From contig NC_086109.1 in NCBI RefSeq assembly GCF_963921235.1, positions 32,800,001 through 32,864,000 of the forward strand: a stretch of 64,000 nucleotides of DNA. The letters are read 5' to 3'. Each line of letters begins with the position of its first letter. The stretch's first letter is position 1. The notes below the pieces were generated by a model that saw only the letters and a program-made list of their open reading frames with translations, ran no database searches and was not told the origin of the DNA. This stretch comes from Mobula hypostoma. Taxonomy: Eukaryota. Made by a program: the position numbers and the translations under genes. This document shows positions 38,516 through 50,553 of this stretch, in pieces.

Positions 38516-38639
38516 TTTTTTAAATTTATCTTTATTTTTAGGCTTTATCTTCGGAGATCTCTAATCTCAGTTAAAAAAAGAGTCTCAAACCAGGCTGCAT
38601 CATTGCCCCTATACTTTTCTCAGTTTTTTTCACCAAAAA

Positions 38640-40740
38640 GTTACAGCTCACCTCCACAAACTTCCTGGAGGAATGAAACTTATCATTAGCATGTTAAGCT
38701 AACACTCATTACACCCAGGCTTCTATAGTTGAGATGCAGCATGGAATAGAACTTTGTATTTGCATATGCTCAGCGCCCAAACTGCAGGCCAATGTCAATT
38801 TGTTCAAATGAGAATACAGGCTTCTCTGAGAAAATAGGCTTTCCGCACGATATCAGCAAAACAGAAGCCCTCAGCCAACTTGCTCCTGTTGTACCACCTG
38901 GTCTCTGACAATGAAGGTTCACGTGAAGCCCTGGATAACGTTGACCACTTCCAATTTCTTGCAAGCCACCACTTGGCAAAGGTAGGCATCAGTGATGAAA
39001 TTCACCACCGCGTTCAATGTGCTAGCACAGCCTTATAGTCCATTTTTCAACCGTGATCCCTATCCACTGCTCTACTCCTGAGACCTAGACAACCTACAGC
39101 AAACAACGCACTGGAAGTACCCATTGTTTGGGAGTCTTTTGGAGATATGTGAATATAGCATATATTTATTCAAGCAAGAACCAGTCTTCAGTAACACACA
39201 CAAAATGCTGGAGGAACTCAGCAGGTCAGGCAGCATCTATGGAAATGAATAAACAGTCGACTTTTTGGGCTGACCCTTCTTCAGGACTGGAAGTGAAGGG
39301 GAAGACACCACAATATAAGGAGGGGGGAGGGGAAGGGGGCTAACTAGAAGGTGATAGGTGGGTAGGAAAGATAAAGGGCGGAAAGGAAGGAATCTGATAG
39401 GAGAGGAGAGTGGACCATAAAAAAGGGGAGGAGGAGGGGACCCTGGGAGAGTTGATAGAGAACTGAGACATGCTAAGAGTCCACAGTGAGAATAGAAAAG
39501 GCAAGGGGGAGGGAAAAACTTTTTTTTTACCAGAAGGAGAAATTGATATTCGTGCCAACAGTTTGGAGTTTACCCAGAAGGAATATAGGGTGTTACTCCT
39601 CCACACTGAGGGTGGCCTCATCGTGGCACAAGAGAAGGCCATGGACTGACATGTCAGAATGGGAATGGGAATCAGAATTTAAATATTTGGCCACTGGGAA
39701 GTTCCGCTTTTGGCAGATGGAGGGGAGGTGCTCGACACAGTGGTCCATCAATTTACAATGGGTCTCACCAGTGCAGAGGAAGCCACATCGGGAGACAATA
39801 GACAACCCTAGCAGATTACTGGACACAACAGTCTTCAGTTCTTAATGCAAATTGTAAATTGCTAGTAGTATATTGAAATTAAAAGCACAGCTTTGCAAAT
39901 AAACACCTCTGTCTGTGAAGCAGAGACTACGAGATATAGTTTGTAAAATGGTGACCATGAGACTTCACATAGGCATCAGCCAAACGTTAAGACAATGGGG
40001 TCATGTTAATTGACCTGCATCAATCCAGGGTTTGATTGCACCATCGTAAAGAAGTACAAGAAAGCTGAAATTAGTATTTGAATATTTAAAATTTTCTCCC
40101 ACAGTAGATATGCAATTCAAAGGAAGCGTTGTCAACCCAAAGTATTGAAGTAAGCAATGTCATTGTAATCATATTGAATCACCTACCATTACCTTTGATC
40201 TTAAAGGTATTAGCATGTGGTGCCCTTTGAGTTTGTGGGACTCTACCATGTACCAGGAATGTCTATGTGTCATGATAAATAGACTTTCATATCCAAGCTC
40301 CAGTGTCTCTCTGAAGACTTCAATCACAGGCACAACACCAATTAATATTCTCTCTTCAAAATCCTCCATATTCACTGATGGCATAAATTAACCTAAGCTG
40401 GTGTTCTCACCCTTACCAATATCTTTAGTGCTAAAGGCTCAGTTTGAAGGCTATTGTTGACATGCTGGGCTCTAGATTTCCTAAATAGACATTTTATTTA
40501 AGGAACGAGATTACAAGGCAGATTGAGGAAATTCAGTTAAACACCCTCCTGGAATCCCTGGGCCTTGGCTGCTCGAAATAGAGAAGGGGCATTCAGGAAG
40601 GTCTATGCAGCAGTAAATCCCTTGCACACGCAGCGGGTGAACTTGACCACTTCACAAGCTATCTATTCTTCAGGCACCTCCTGCCCCTTCTGTGAAAGAG
40701 TCTGCAGTTTGTGTATTGGCCTCATTAGCTAGCTGACTAG
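38640..40740 (+). mobile_element. Old RTE LINE remnants (about 38640-39160 and 40480-40740), with a Penelope fragment at 39193-39820 on the minus strand
   Basis: EALDNVDHFQFLASH...DEIHHRVQCASTA and a C-terminal CPFCERVCS..IGLIS; GIY-YIG ORF 39593-39826. Confidence 0.65.
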
Positions 40741-41619
40741 CATCTAGCTGCTCCTCTCAAATGTTTCATCCCGGTGCTCACCTCCTTCTAAATTCATTTA
40801 AGTTGTCCCGTACAGAAATAAATTAATACACCCAGTCTAGTCAGTTCTATTTCTTTGGAAACACAGGCCTTTCATCTGGAATAGGTTCCTCTTGTATGAA
40901 GCATGATCACAAATCTTCTAAAAGCAGACTCCATGCTTTACTGCAGCCATTTCCTATGGTGCGGAAAAGGGCGTAACATAAACATCGTCTCTGAAGTTGC
41001 TAACCATGAGCCTTTTACTTTCATTGGAGTATATGTTTCTTTTCTATTAACCCCTGGTCAACCTAAACAAAGCCGAATAATTCATTATAATAGACCATGT
41101 CAAGAAATTTGTTTTCATCAGTCCCTTAGTGTATTTTTTCAATCTGTGACTTGCAGGGAAGCACATTCAGCTTAAATTACAGAAGATATAAAAGGCTATC
41201 AGCTTTCTTAGGCTGTCAGGGATTACTGTGAAACTTCAACTAGTTTGAATGTTTGCTCAGAGCCAGGAAAATTAAGCTTCTTTTCCACAGCACCACTAAA
41301 TCTGCACTGTGAGAGCATTTTGAGGTAGGTTGTAGGGAGTGAAGTGACAAGGAATATAACAAGAATGGAAATATGGAAATGTAAGAATGGAGTACAGTTG
41401 TAGGAAGGAGAAGAAAGAAATCAGCCAGGACTCAGACTGAAGAAGCTGGAATGAGTAGGCAAATGGTAAAAGGATAGGGAGTGAAGATGCAGAGACTGAC
41501 TTTGTAAAGTCTATACATATTTGTAGATGCATTCGTCTGCCAAATCATCCTATTTTTACCTTCACTGGCATGTAGCATAGGCAGCAATCCAAGGATTACT
41601 ACACTGGAGGTCCTGCTTT

Positions 41620-42540
41620 TCAGCTTTCTACCTAATTCCCTATATTCTCTCTTCAGGGCCTCCTCCCTTTTCCTACCTATGTTGTTGGTAGCATTAAATT
41701 TACCACATCTTCAGCTGTTCACACTTCCCCTTTAGAATGCTGAGCGCCTGATCCAAGACATTCCTGACCCTAGCATCTGGGAGGCAACATGTCATCCAAG
41801 CCATCTCTCTCACCTTCACAGAATCTGCTGTCTTGTCCTCTATTTATGAAATCTCCTATCACTAATGCACTCCTCCTCTATTACTAATGCACTCCACTTC
41901 TCCCCCTCCCTCTTCACTTTGAACCACAGAGACAGATCAGGTCATTGCTGCTTCTCCCTGATAGTTCGTTTCCCCCACACCGCCCACTCCCCACTCCCAA
42001 CAGTATCCAAGGCGGTATACTTATTATTGAGGAGAACGGCCACAGGGTTACTCTGTGCTCTCTGCCTATTCTCTTTCCCTCTCCTGAGAGTCACACCCAG
42101 CCACCTGCCTCCTGCAACTCAGGAGTGACTACCTCCCTGTAGCTCTTATCTATCACCTCCTCATTTTCCCTTACGAGCTAAAAGTCATCCAGCTACAGCT
42201 CCAGATCTTTAATATGGTCTGTAAGGAGCTGCAGCCTGGTGCACTTTATGCATACGTAGTTTTCAGGGAGCCTGGAGGTCTCCCAAAATTCCCATGTCTC
42301 ACACAAGGAAGATACCACTAACTCTGGACCCGTTCTCAGTGCGCTAGCTATGTACTATCAGAAAAAAAAACTTACTAGAAACTTACTTAGAGCCTCCACC
42401 CTGTGCTTGCCTCAGCCTGCTGAGCCAAAGCCTGACCAGTCTAACACTGTCCACTCACACAATAGCCTCTCCACTTACGCATCGCTTCTTTTATTGGCCC
42501 CTGCAAAGTACCTCTGCCCCTTCTCCTTGTGGCCCCATCC
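41620..42540 (-). mobile_element. CR1 5'/ORF1 region remnant
   Basis: Minus-strand VIGD and CCLPDARVR-like SGNH-esterase-type ORF1 motifs, degraded. Confidence 0.55.
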
Positions 42541-43554
42541 AGCACCCAAGAAACCTATCTCTTCTCCTTCTAGCCCCTCTCCATCACAAAGACCCTTCAC
42601 TCCCCAACTCCTTGACTGTAGTTCCTGCCTCTTCTCTCTGCTTTCTATTCAGATTCCAATTTATTTGTCAAAACACAGAGTGAAATGTGTTAACAGCCAG
42701 TGCACCCATGGATGTGTTGGGGGCAGCCCACAATTTTCACTACACATTCCATCGCCAAAATAGCATGCCAACAATATTCCACAGAACAGCACCAGCAGCA
42801 ACAAGAACAATATCGACAAAACAAGACAACAACAGCAAAACAAGCCCCTTTCCAGTCCCTCACCTCCTACCTACTCATACACTCAGACATGCCCTTTCTG
42901 GGCCTCCAATCCTTGTCCCCAGATTCTCAGTCTCGCAGGTATTGAGTTTCAACTTCGATTTCACATCAGGCTGCTGATCGTGGGTTTGACCTCAACTTTC
43001 CAATTCACACAAACTTCAATCTCTAGTTGGCCCTCGTGGTTTCTTCAGACCCTTGTGACTCCTTCGGGCCTCTACGTTTGGTCTTTGACCTTTCACCTCC
43101 AGACTCGCTGTGCTCTGGGGTCAACCCAAGGCATTGCCCTCCAGACCTCACTGGGTTTGACCTTCGTGATTCTACTGCCAGATTTGCATGGAGCGCTGAC
43201 CCTGGGGGGGGGGGGTGGGGTCAGTGGCCTCATGATTACCACTCATATCCAGGACTGACCCCCTCCTTATGGACTTCCATCCCAGGACTGGGCTCCGTCC
43301 TGGAGATTGCTGGTCTCTTCATTGCTTGTCACATGACTTCTGGGATTGTTGCCCTTTGACTACAGAGTGCTTTGACCTGGACTCGAATGCCTGCCCACAC
43401 TCTTCATTTACTACCTTTAACTTCTAACTTCTCCTCATCCCTGTCCCTAAATCCTAACCAAACCCCTAACACCACTCTCTATCTCCAAAACCACCTCTAT
43501 AAACTTAAAACTGGGAGTGAAGAGGCAGGGACAGGTACAGAAGGATCCCGCTAG

Positions 43555-46097
43555 TCCCAACTCCTTCTCTTCATGTGGTTCTGACATAGAACACCTAACG
43601 ATTAAATATAGACCATTTTATTTCCCTCAGGAGTTCGCATCAGTAATCCTGACCACAGTGTATATAACACATGCAGACAACTATAAGCAGGATCTCGAGA
43701 AACTGCACAATGTTATCATCTGCAGGCAAGAAACAGCCTATCCTGACGCATTTCAAATTATAGTCGATGACTCCAACCGGGCCTGTTTGGAGAAAACTCT
43801 GCTCAATTATCACCAGCATGTAACCTGTTGCACCAGAGGTCCCAGCACACTGGACCACTGCTATATTACGATAAGGAATACCTATCATTCCTTCCCAAGA
43901 CCTCATTTTGGCAAGTCGGATCATTTGGCTGTACTCCTACTACCTGGCTACAGACAGAGCCTAAAAAGCAAGGCTCCAGAGATCAAGACAACTAATAGGT
44001 GGCCGTGGGAGGCAGAGGAACGGTGACAGGATTCCTTGAGTCAGTGGCCTGGGCCGTGTTCAAGAACTCATCTGAGGATCTGAACGACTACACCAGGGTT
44101 GTTATAGACTTTATTAAAATAGCTGTGGATGATTGTGCCCCACAAAATCTTTCAGAGATTACCACAATCAGAACCCCTGGATGAACCATAAAATCCAAAA
44201 TTTGCTGAGGGCCAAATCAGAGGCATCCAAAACTGGAGATCAAAAGTGCTACAAGAGGTGCAGATATGATCTCCAGAAAGCCATCTCACGGGTGAAGTGG
44301 AGATTCCAGGCCAGGCTGGAATCAATGAGGGATGACAGCTGTGGCAGGGTTTGAATGCCATAACCTCCTACAAAGTTTGTATGACAACATGGGGGATGGT
44401 AGAGCTTTGCTTCCGGATGAGCTCAATGCCTTCTATGCTCGCTTTGACCACCAGACCAGGGAGGAGCCATCCCACACCCCCATGTCCCCTGGTGATCCTT
44501 TGGTCTCAGTATCTGAAGGTGATGTTCAAGAGAGTGAATTCAAGGAAAGCATCCGGTCAGACAGAGTACCTGGCCAAGTACTGAAGACCTATGCTGACCA
44601 ACTGGCTGGTGTGGTCACGGATATCTTCAACCTCTCCCTCTGGCAGTGTGTGGTACCCACTTGCTTCAAGCAGGCTTCAGTCGTACCGGTGCCAAAGAGA
44701 GTGTGGAAAGCTGCCTCAGTGATTATTGCCCAGTGGCATTTACATCCACAGTGAAGAAGTGTTTTGAGAGGCTGGTGTTGAAGCATGTCAGCTCCTGTCT
44801 GAGTTGTGACTTGGACCTGCTCCAACTTGCCTACCATAGTAACACGTGTACAGCAGATACCATCTCATTGTCTCTTCATACAACCCTGGAACATCTAGAC
44901 AGCAAAGATGCATACATCAGGATGCTCCTTATCAGTTACAGCTTAGTATTTAACACCATCATGTCCTCAAAACTAATCAATAAATTCAAAGACCTAGGCC
45001 TCAATACCCCTCCATGTGCAATTGGATCTTGGATTTCCTCACTTGCAGACCTCAAATCATTTCAGATTGGCAAGAACATCTCCTCCATAATCTCCATCAG
45101 CACAGGTGCTTAGTCCCCTGCTCTACTCGCTTTATACCTACGACTGTGCGGCTAAATACAGCTCCAACACCATAAACAAGTTTGCTGATGTCATCACAGT
45201 TGTGGGCCATATCAAAGGAGGTGATGAGTCAGTGTACAGGGGGAAATTGAAAATTTGGCTGAGTCGTGGGATAACAACAACCTCTCACTCAGTCAGAAAG
45301 ACCGAGGAACTGATTGTAGACTTCAGGAGTGGTAAACCACAGGTTTATGAGCCAGTACTCAATGGGTAATCAGAAGGGGGGAAGGTCACTAACTTCAAAT
45401 TTCTGAGTGTCACTATCTCAGAGGATTTGTCCTGGATCCATCATATAAATCAAATTGCAAAGAAAGCATAACAGTGCCTCTACTTCCTTAAGAGTCTGCA
45501 TGTTGTCGAAAACCTTGGGAAACTTCTATAGACATGTGGTGGAAAGTGTACTGGCTGGCTGCATTATGTCCTGGTATGGAAACACCAATGCCTTTGAGTG
45601 GAAAATCCTTCAAAAAGGTAAATGGATTTGGCTCAATATATCACGAGTAAAACCCTTCCAACCACTGAGCATGAAAAGTTGCCGTAGAAAAGCAGCCTCC
45701 ATCATCAAAGATCCTCACCGCCCAGGCCATGATCTTTTTCTCGCTGCTGCCATTAGGTAGAAGGTACTAGAGCCTCAGGACTCACAGCACCAGATTCAAG
45801 AACAGTTTCTACCCTCAGCCATCAGGCTCTTGAACAAAAGGGGATCGCTATACTCATTCTGTTACTGGTGTTCCCACAACCAATGGCCTCACTTTAAGGA
45901 CTCTTTATCTTGTTATTTCCCACTGATTATTTATTGCTATTTATTTATATCTGCATTTGCACAGTTTGTTGTCTATTGATCCTGTTTACAGTTACTGTAC
46001 TATAGATTTGCTAAGTATGCCCACAGGACAAAGAATCTGAGGATTGTATGTAATGACATGTATGTACACTGATAATAAATTTGACTTTGAACTTTGA
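43555..46097 (+). mobile_element. Rex1/Babar LINE, frameshifted EN-RT
   Basis: YRPFYFPQEF, TLDHCY, FGKSDHLAV, KCFERLVL, LSPLLYSLYT, KFADV. Confidence 0.9.
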
Positions 46098-46339
46098 GCT
46101 TCACTCAAGCCCATGTTCTCCTTCCATTTCTTGAACTTCTGCAGTCCCCTTCACTCTTTGTCCACATGGTTCTGGCCCTTCCTTCATATGCCTCCACACT
46201 CTGCACTTTCACACATTCCCTTTGCTGTGATCTCCTTCAATCCCTTTGGGCCAGCCCAGTCATGGAGTCTGAGAGAAGTACAGCATCGGGGCAGGCTTTT
46301 TAGCACACCATGTCAGCCATCAGGTATTCATTTTGATAC

Positions 46340-46534
46340 GGGGTGTATGGGGTGTCAGGGAGGGGGTAGTACCTCTGGTGGGGGAACATGTCGCGTCCTT
46401 TTCAAGGCGGTTTGTCCAGCTTTGGTCCCCACCTGGCACTCAGCTCTCACCTGTGGCTCCCCTTGGCTGTTTGCATGCAACAGCGGCCACAACCCGGGCA
46501 ACGGCTTCAACAAGCCGGCTAAACCTGGTGAGAG
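46340..46534 (+). ncRNA. Candidate HDV-like self-cleaving ribozyme
   Basis: P1 GGGGTGT/ACAACCC; P2 CTCTCACC/GGTGAGAG; P3 GGC/GCC; L3 starting TCC; GGGCAAC junction; P4 CGGCTT/AAGCCG; J4/2 GCTAA. G1 coincides with the element's 5' junction. Confidence 0.65.
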
Positions 46535-46900
46535 TAGCCGACGGGTCTCAAACCCTCGGTGAGATAGGGAGACGTCTATCCCAGCATGTGAAGACAGACT
46601 CCAGCAGATTGAGCAGATGAGACCAATAGAAGGTCCAATGGTCAAGAAGACTGTCTCTGCAAGCGTCGTGGAACGTGTAGAGCAGGACAAGACACAGAAG
46701 ATGTCCTGGTCATCCACTGTGCCTAGTCCCATCTCCAGCTGTCTCGACTTTGTCTTGCCGCTGGATCCAGGTGGGAATTGGGAAGAGAGAGTGAGGCTGA
46801 TGCTGCGCAACTCTCCTTCACTTAAATCCAAATCACGCGCTGGTTTCGACACCATCATAATGGTGTCGAGGTCCTCATCGATGTTGACGATGGACGAACA
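46340..46900 (+). mobile_element. Non-coding non-LTR retroposon, probably an RTE-derived non-autonomous element
   Basis: 11-bp TSD CATTTTGATAC (46329-46339 and 46901-46911); no recognisable ORF; structured 5' end; 3' hairpin TCGACACCAT-cata-ATGGTGTCGA. Confidence 0.8.
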
Positions 46901-47289
46901 CATTTTGATACTAATTCTACCCAAACACATTTTATTGTCCTATCAGCTACCCCATACCACAACCACTCAAAATAAGTCTAAGGTTGCGAAAGGGTTTGAT
47001 TTCTGAGAACTGATCCTAACCTGAACTGTTTGTAAGAAATAAACAACAGTGATGGAGCGGATCATTGAAACAGCTGTGAAGGGAGAGTGACTGTCACCTG
47101 GCCTCACTGGCTCACTGAGTGACTGAGTAACTCTGCTCAGCACTCACAGCCCTGTTTGGCTCAAACTAGCCCTCAGTTATTGCAGCTCAGAGAGAAGGCA
47201 GGGGTTGGAGGCTGGGGAAGGTGAGTGGAGAGAGAAGGCATTTAGATTTGTCCCAATCTGTTTCCACCTGTCCGAAGATGCCAACTGGT

Positions 47290-49325
47290 TTATATGCATG
47301 GGGGTTGCCTCCAGAAACTCCAGCCATTGCTGGTCTGCCATCGTCCCTGCTAGTGACCCCTTTCAATCAACTTTGAACAGCTCCTCTCTCATGCCTCCGT
47401 AATTCTCTTTACTCCCTTGCAATATTGGTACATTTGACTTTAGCTTCTTCCTCTCAAAATGTCGGGTGAATTCTATCATATTATTTTCAGAAGGCCTTTG
47501 ACAAGGTGCTGCACACAAGGCGGCCTAACAAGGTAAGAGCCCATTGTATTACAGTAAAGATACTAGCATAGATGGAAGATTGGCTGATTGGCAGGAGGCA
47601 AAAAGTAGGAATAAACTGGGTCTTTTCTGGGTGACTATGAGTGATGTTCCACAGAGGTTGGTGTTTGGGACTACTTCTTACCACGTTATATGTCAATGAT
47701 TTGGATGAAGGAATTGATGGCTTTTTGACCAAGTTTGCAGATGGTACAAAGATAAATGGAGGGTCAGGTAGTGTTGAGGAAGAAGGATGTCTGCAGAAGG
47801 ACTTTGACAGATTGAGATAATGGGAAATGAAGTGGAGAACGGAATACAGTGTATAGTTTAGGGAAGTGTATGGCCATAAATGTTGGTAGAAAGAATAAAA
47901 GTGTGGACTATTTTCTAAATACTGCAGTGAGAAATTTCAAAAATCAGTGGTGCAAAGAGACTTGGGAGTTCTTGTGCAGGATTCCCTGGAGGTTAACTTG
48001 CAGGTTGAGTCAGTGGTAAAGAAGGCAAATGCAATATTAGCATTCATTTTAAGAGGACGAGATACAAAAACAAGGATGTAATGCTGAGGCTTTATAAGGC
48101 ATTGGGCAGACCACACTTGGAGCATTGCGAGCAATTTGGACCCCTTATCTAAGAAAAGGTGTGCAGGCATTGGAGAGGGTCCAGATGGGGGTTCATGAAG
48201 ATGATCCCATGAATGAAAGGATTAACATATGAGGAGCATTTGATGGCTCTGGGATTGTGCTCGCTGGAGTTTAGAAGAATGAGGGGGGTTCTCATTGAAA
48301 CCTATCAAATATAGAAAGACCTAGATAGAGTGGACGTGGAGAGGATGATTCCTATAGTGGGGGGTCTAGGACTAGGTGGGACAGTCTCAGAATAGAGGGA
48401 CGCCCATTCAGAAAAGAAATGAGGAAAAAAATCTTTAGCCAGAGGGTGGTGAATCCGTGGAATTCATTGCCACGGATGGCCATGCAGGCCAAGTTATTTT
48501 AGGCTGAGGTTGATCGGTTCTTGATTAATCAGGACGTCAAAGGTTACGGGGAGATTATTATGGTTATGATTATGAGGACAAGCAGTCCCCTTTTATTGTC
48601 ATTTAGTTATGCATGCATTAAGAAATGATAAAAATGTTTTTCCAGAATGATATCACGAAAACACATGACAAACCGACTTAAAAACTAACAAAAACCATAT
48701 AATTATAACATATAGTTACAACAGTGCAAAGCAATACCGTAATTTGATAAGAACAGACCATGGCACAGTAAAAATCTCAGAGGCTCTTGAAAGTCCCATC
48801 ATCTCACACAGATGGTAAACCTCCAGCGCTGCCAACTTGCCGATGCAGCATCCCGGAAGCATCCGACCACAGTCCGACTCCGAGTCCGTCCGAAAAACTC
48901 CAAGCCTCCGACCACCTATTCGACACCAAGCACCGAGCACCATCTCTGCCAAGCATTTTGACCCCGGCCCCGGCAACAGGTGATACACAAAGCCAGGGAT
49001 TTGGGGCCTTCGTCTCCGGAGATTCTCAATCGCACAGTTGCAGCGGCAGCGAAGCAGGCATTTCAGAAGTTTCTCCAGATGTTCCTCTGCGCTTCACAGC
49101 TGTCCCCATCAAATCCGGATTGTGCACAGCCCCTAGTTACACATATCGATATTCATTCAGAACGGTTGCGTGCGCTGCGTCGCGCTGCCATCTTCTCCTC
49201 CCTGATTCAGGAAATGGCAGGAGAATGGAGTTGAGAGGGATAATAAATCAGTCATGATTGAATGGCAGAGCAGGCTCTAGGTCTAGGCCAAATGGACTAA
49301 TTCTGCTCCTCTGTCTTAAAGTCTT
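47290..49325 (+). mobile_element. CR1 LINE (RT and 3' end) with an inverted 5' segment at 47290-47484 and an insertion at about 48556-49201
   Basis: FQKAFDKV, KFADGTK and FSQRVVNPWNSLP motifs; typical CR1 3' UTR. Confidence 0.85.
48556..49201 (-). mobile_element. Non-autonomous LINE-derived element
   Basis: Minus strand starts GGAGGAGAAGATGGC and ends with an AATAAA and (CATAAT)n tail; CpG-rich; interrupts the CR1 tail. Confidence 0.6.
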
Positions 49326-50019
49326 ACGCAGAGGGGGTAGATCTGCTGTGAAGGTAGGTCCATGGGGAAACAGGACAAGGTTTAGGGTAGGATTTACACT
49401 GAGACCCTGGCTCTACAGGGAGGGGGAAAGCTGGGGTCTATTGGTGATAAGGTACCTCGAGAAGGGGTGGAGTTGCTGGAGAAGCGTGGGACCATGTGAA
49501 GGTGGGTATCGGGAGAAAGTGTTGGATCTATGGGTGACATGCAGGGTTACATGGAGACGGAGCTGGCTGTAGGAAGGGCAGGGCTATTCAGAAACAGGTG
49601 GGGCTGTTTTAATGGCAGTTGGTAGTCCAACTTAAAGGTGCATTTCCACCACCAACTGGATTGGAGTGTGGTGTAGTGAGTTAGGAAATGAAACTCCTAC
49701 TAGTTCTTTATCAAATGAAAACTAAATTACCCCCAAAAGCCCTATAGATTGTAAATAATGAAAAACAATATTGTGAATTAAAGTCACTTCCTTAACTTAG
49801 TAAAGATTTAATGGAAACTATCAACCCTCAAAGATAGTAATGCAGATTGCATTTGTTTTCTTTCAGCCTTGTATGCTTCACATTGTAAAATAATGTGTTC
49901 AGCTGTTTCAGAATGATTGCAAAACATACACACCCCAGAGTGATGGGTGGAGCTACATGGAGTCTGAGTGGGGCTATGGGCAGAAGGCTGGGGCCTCTGG
50001 GTGAGAGGGTGGGATATGT

Positions 50020-50169
50020 AGGAAAGGGGCGGGGCTGTGGGAGAAGGGCGGGGCTATGTGCAGGAGGGCGGGGCTTTGGGGAGAAGGGCGGGGCTATGCG
50101 CGGGAGGGCGGGGCGGGTCGGGTCGGATGAGGAACTTGTGACAGAGTGTCAGTCTCCTAGGTTGCAGCG
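50020..50169 (+). promoter_or_regulatory. TATA-less RNPEP promoter with five GC boxes (Sp/KLF sites)
   Basis: GGGCGGGGC at about 50027, 50046, 50067, 50086 and 50106, directly upstream of the CpG-rich exon 1. Confidence 0.75.
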
Positions 50170-50553
50170 ATGGCGGCGGAGCTTCATCTGGGGTCGGCGC
50201 GAACAACGGATACGGCCACCGCCTCCAGTTTTCAGAGCTTCCGTGTGCGGCACCTGCACTTAGAGCTGCGAGTCGACTTCGGTCAGCGGCGGCTGGAGGG
50301 CCGCGCCGTGCTGGAGCTGAGCTGCTTGCGGCCCGAGGGCGGGCAGCTTCGGCTGGACACCCACGCCAGCCTCAGCGTGCACGCTGTCCGGGCTAAGTGC
50401 GGCGGCGCCGGCTCCCCCTCTGTCCCCCTGCACCATGAGACGCAGCCGTTCACCAGCTACGGCTCCATCCTGGTGCTCACTCTGCCCGGCCCTTGTCACC
50501 CGGGGGACCAGCTGGAAGTCACTATCGACTACACGGCCACCGATGGGCCAGGG
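50170..50553 (+). CDS. RNPEP: Aminopeptidase B (RNPEP) coding exon 1
   Basis: ATG at 50170; translation MAAELHLGSARTTDTATASSFQSFRVRHLHLELRVDFGQRRLEG...QPFTSYGS...YTATDGPG matches the M1 aminopeptidase B N-terminus; donor GGG|GTGAGT, phase 0; CpG-rich. Confidence 0.95.

Noticed and set aside
46355..46930. 191-aa minus-strand ORF and overlapping plus-strand ORFs
   Set aside because: No domain similarity; incidental frames in a GC-rich structured repeat.
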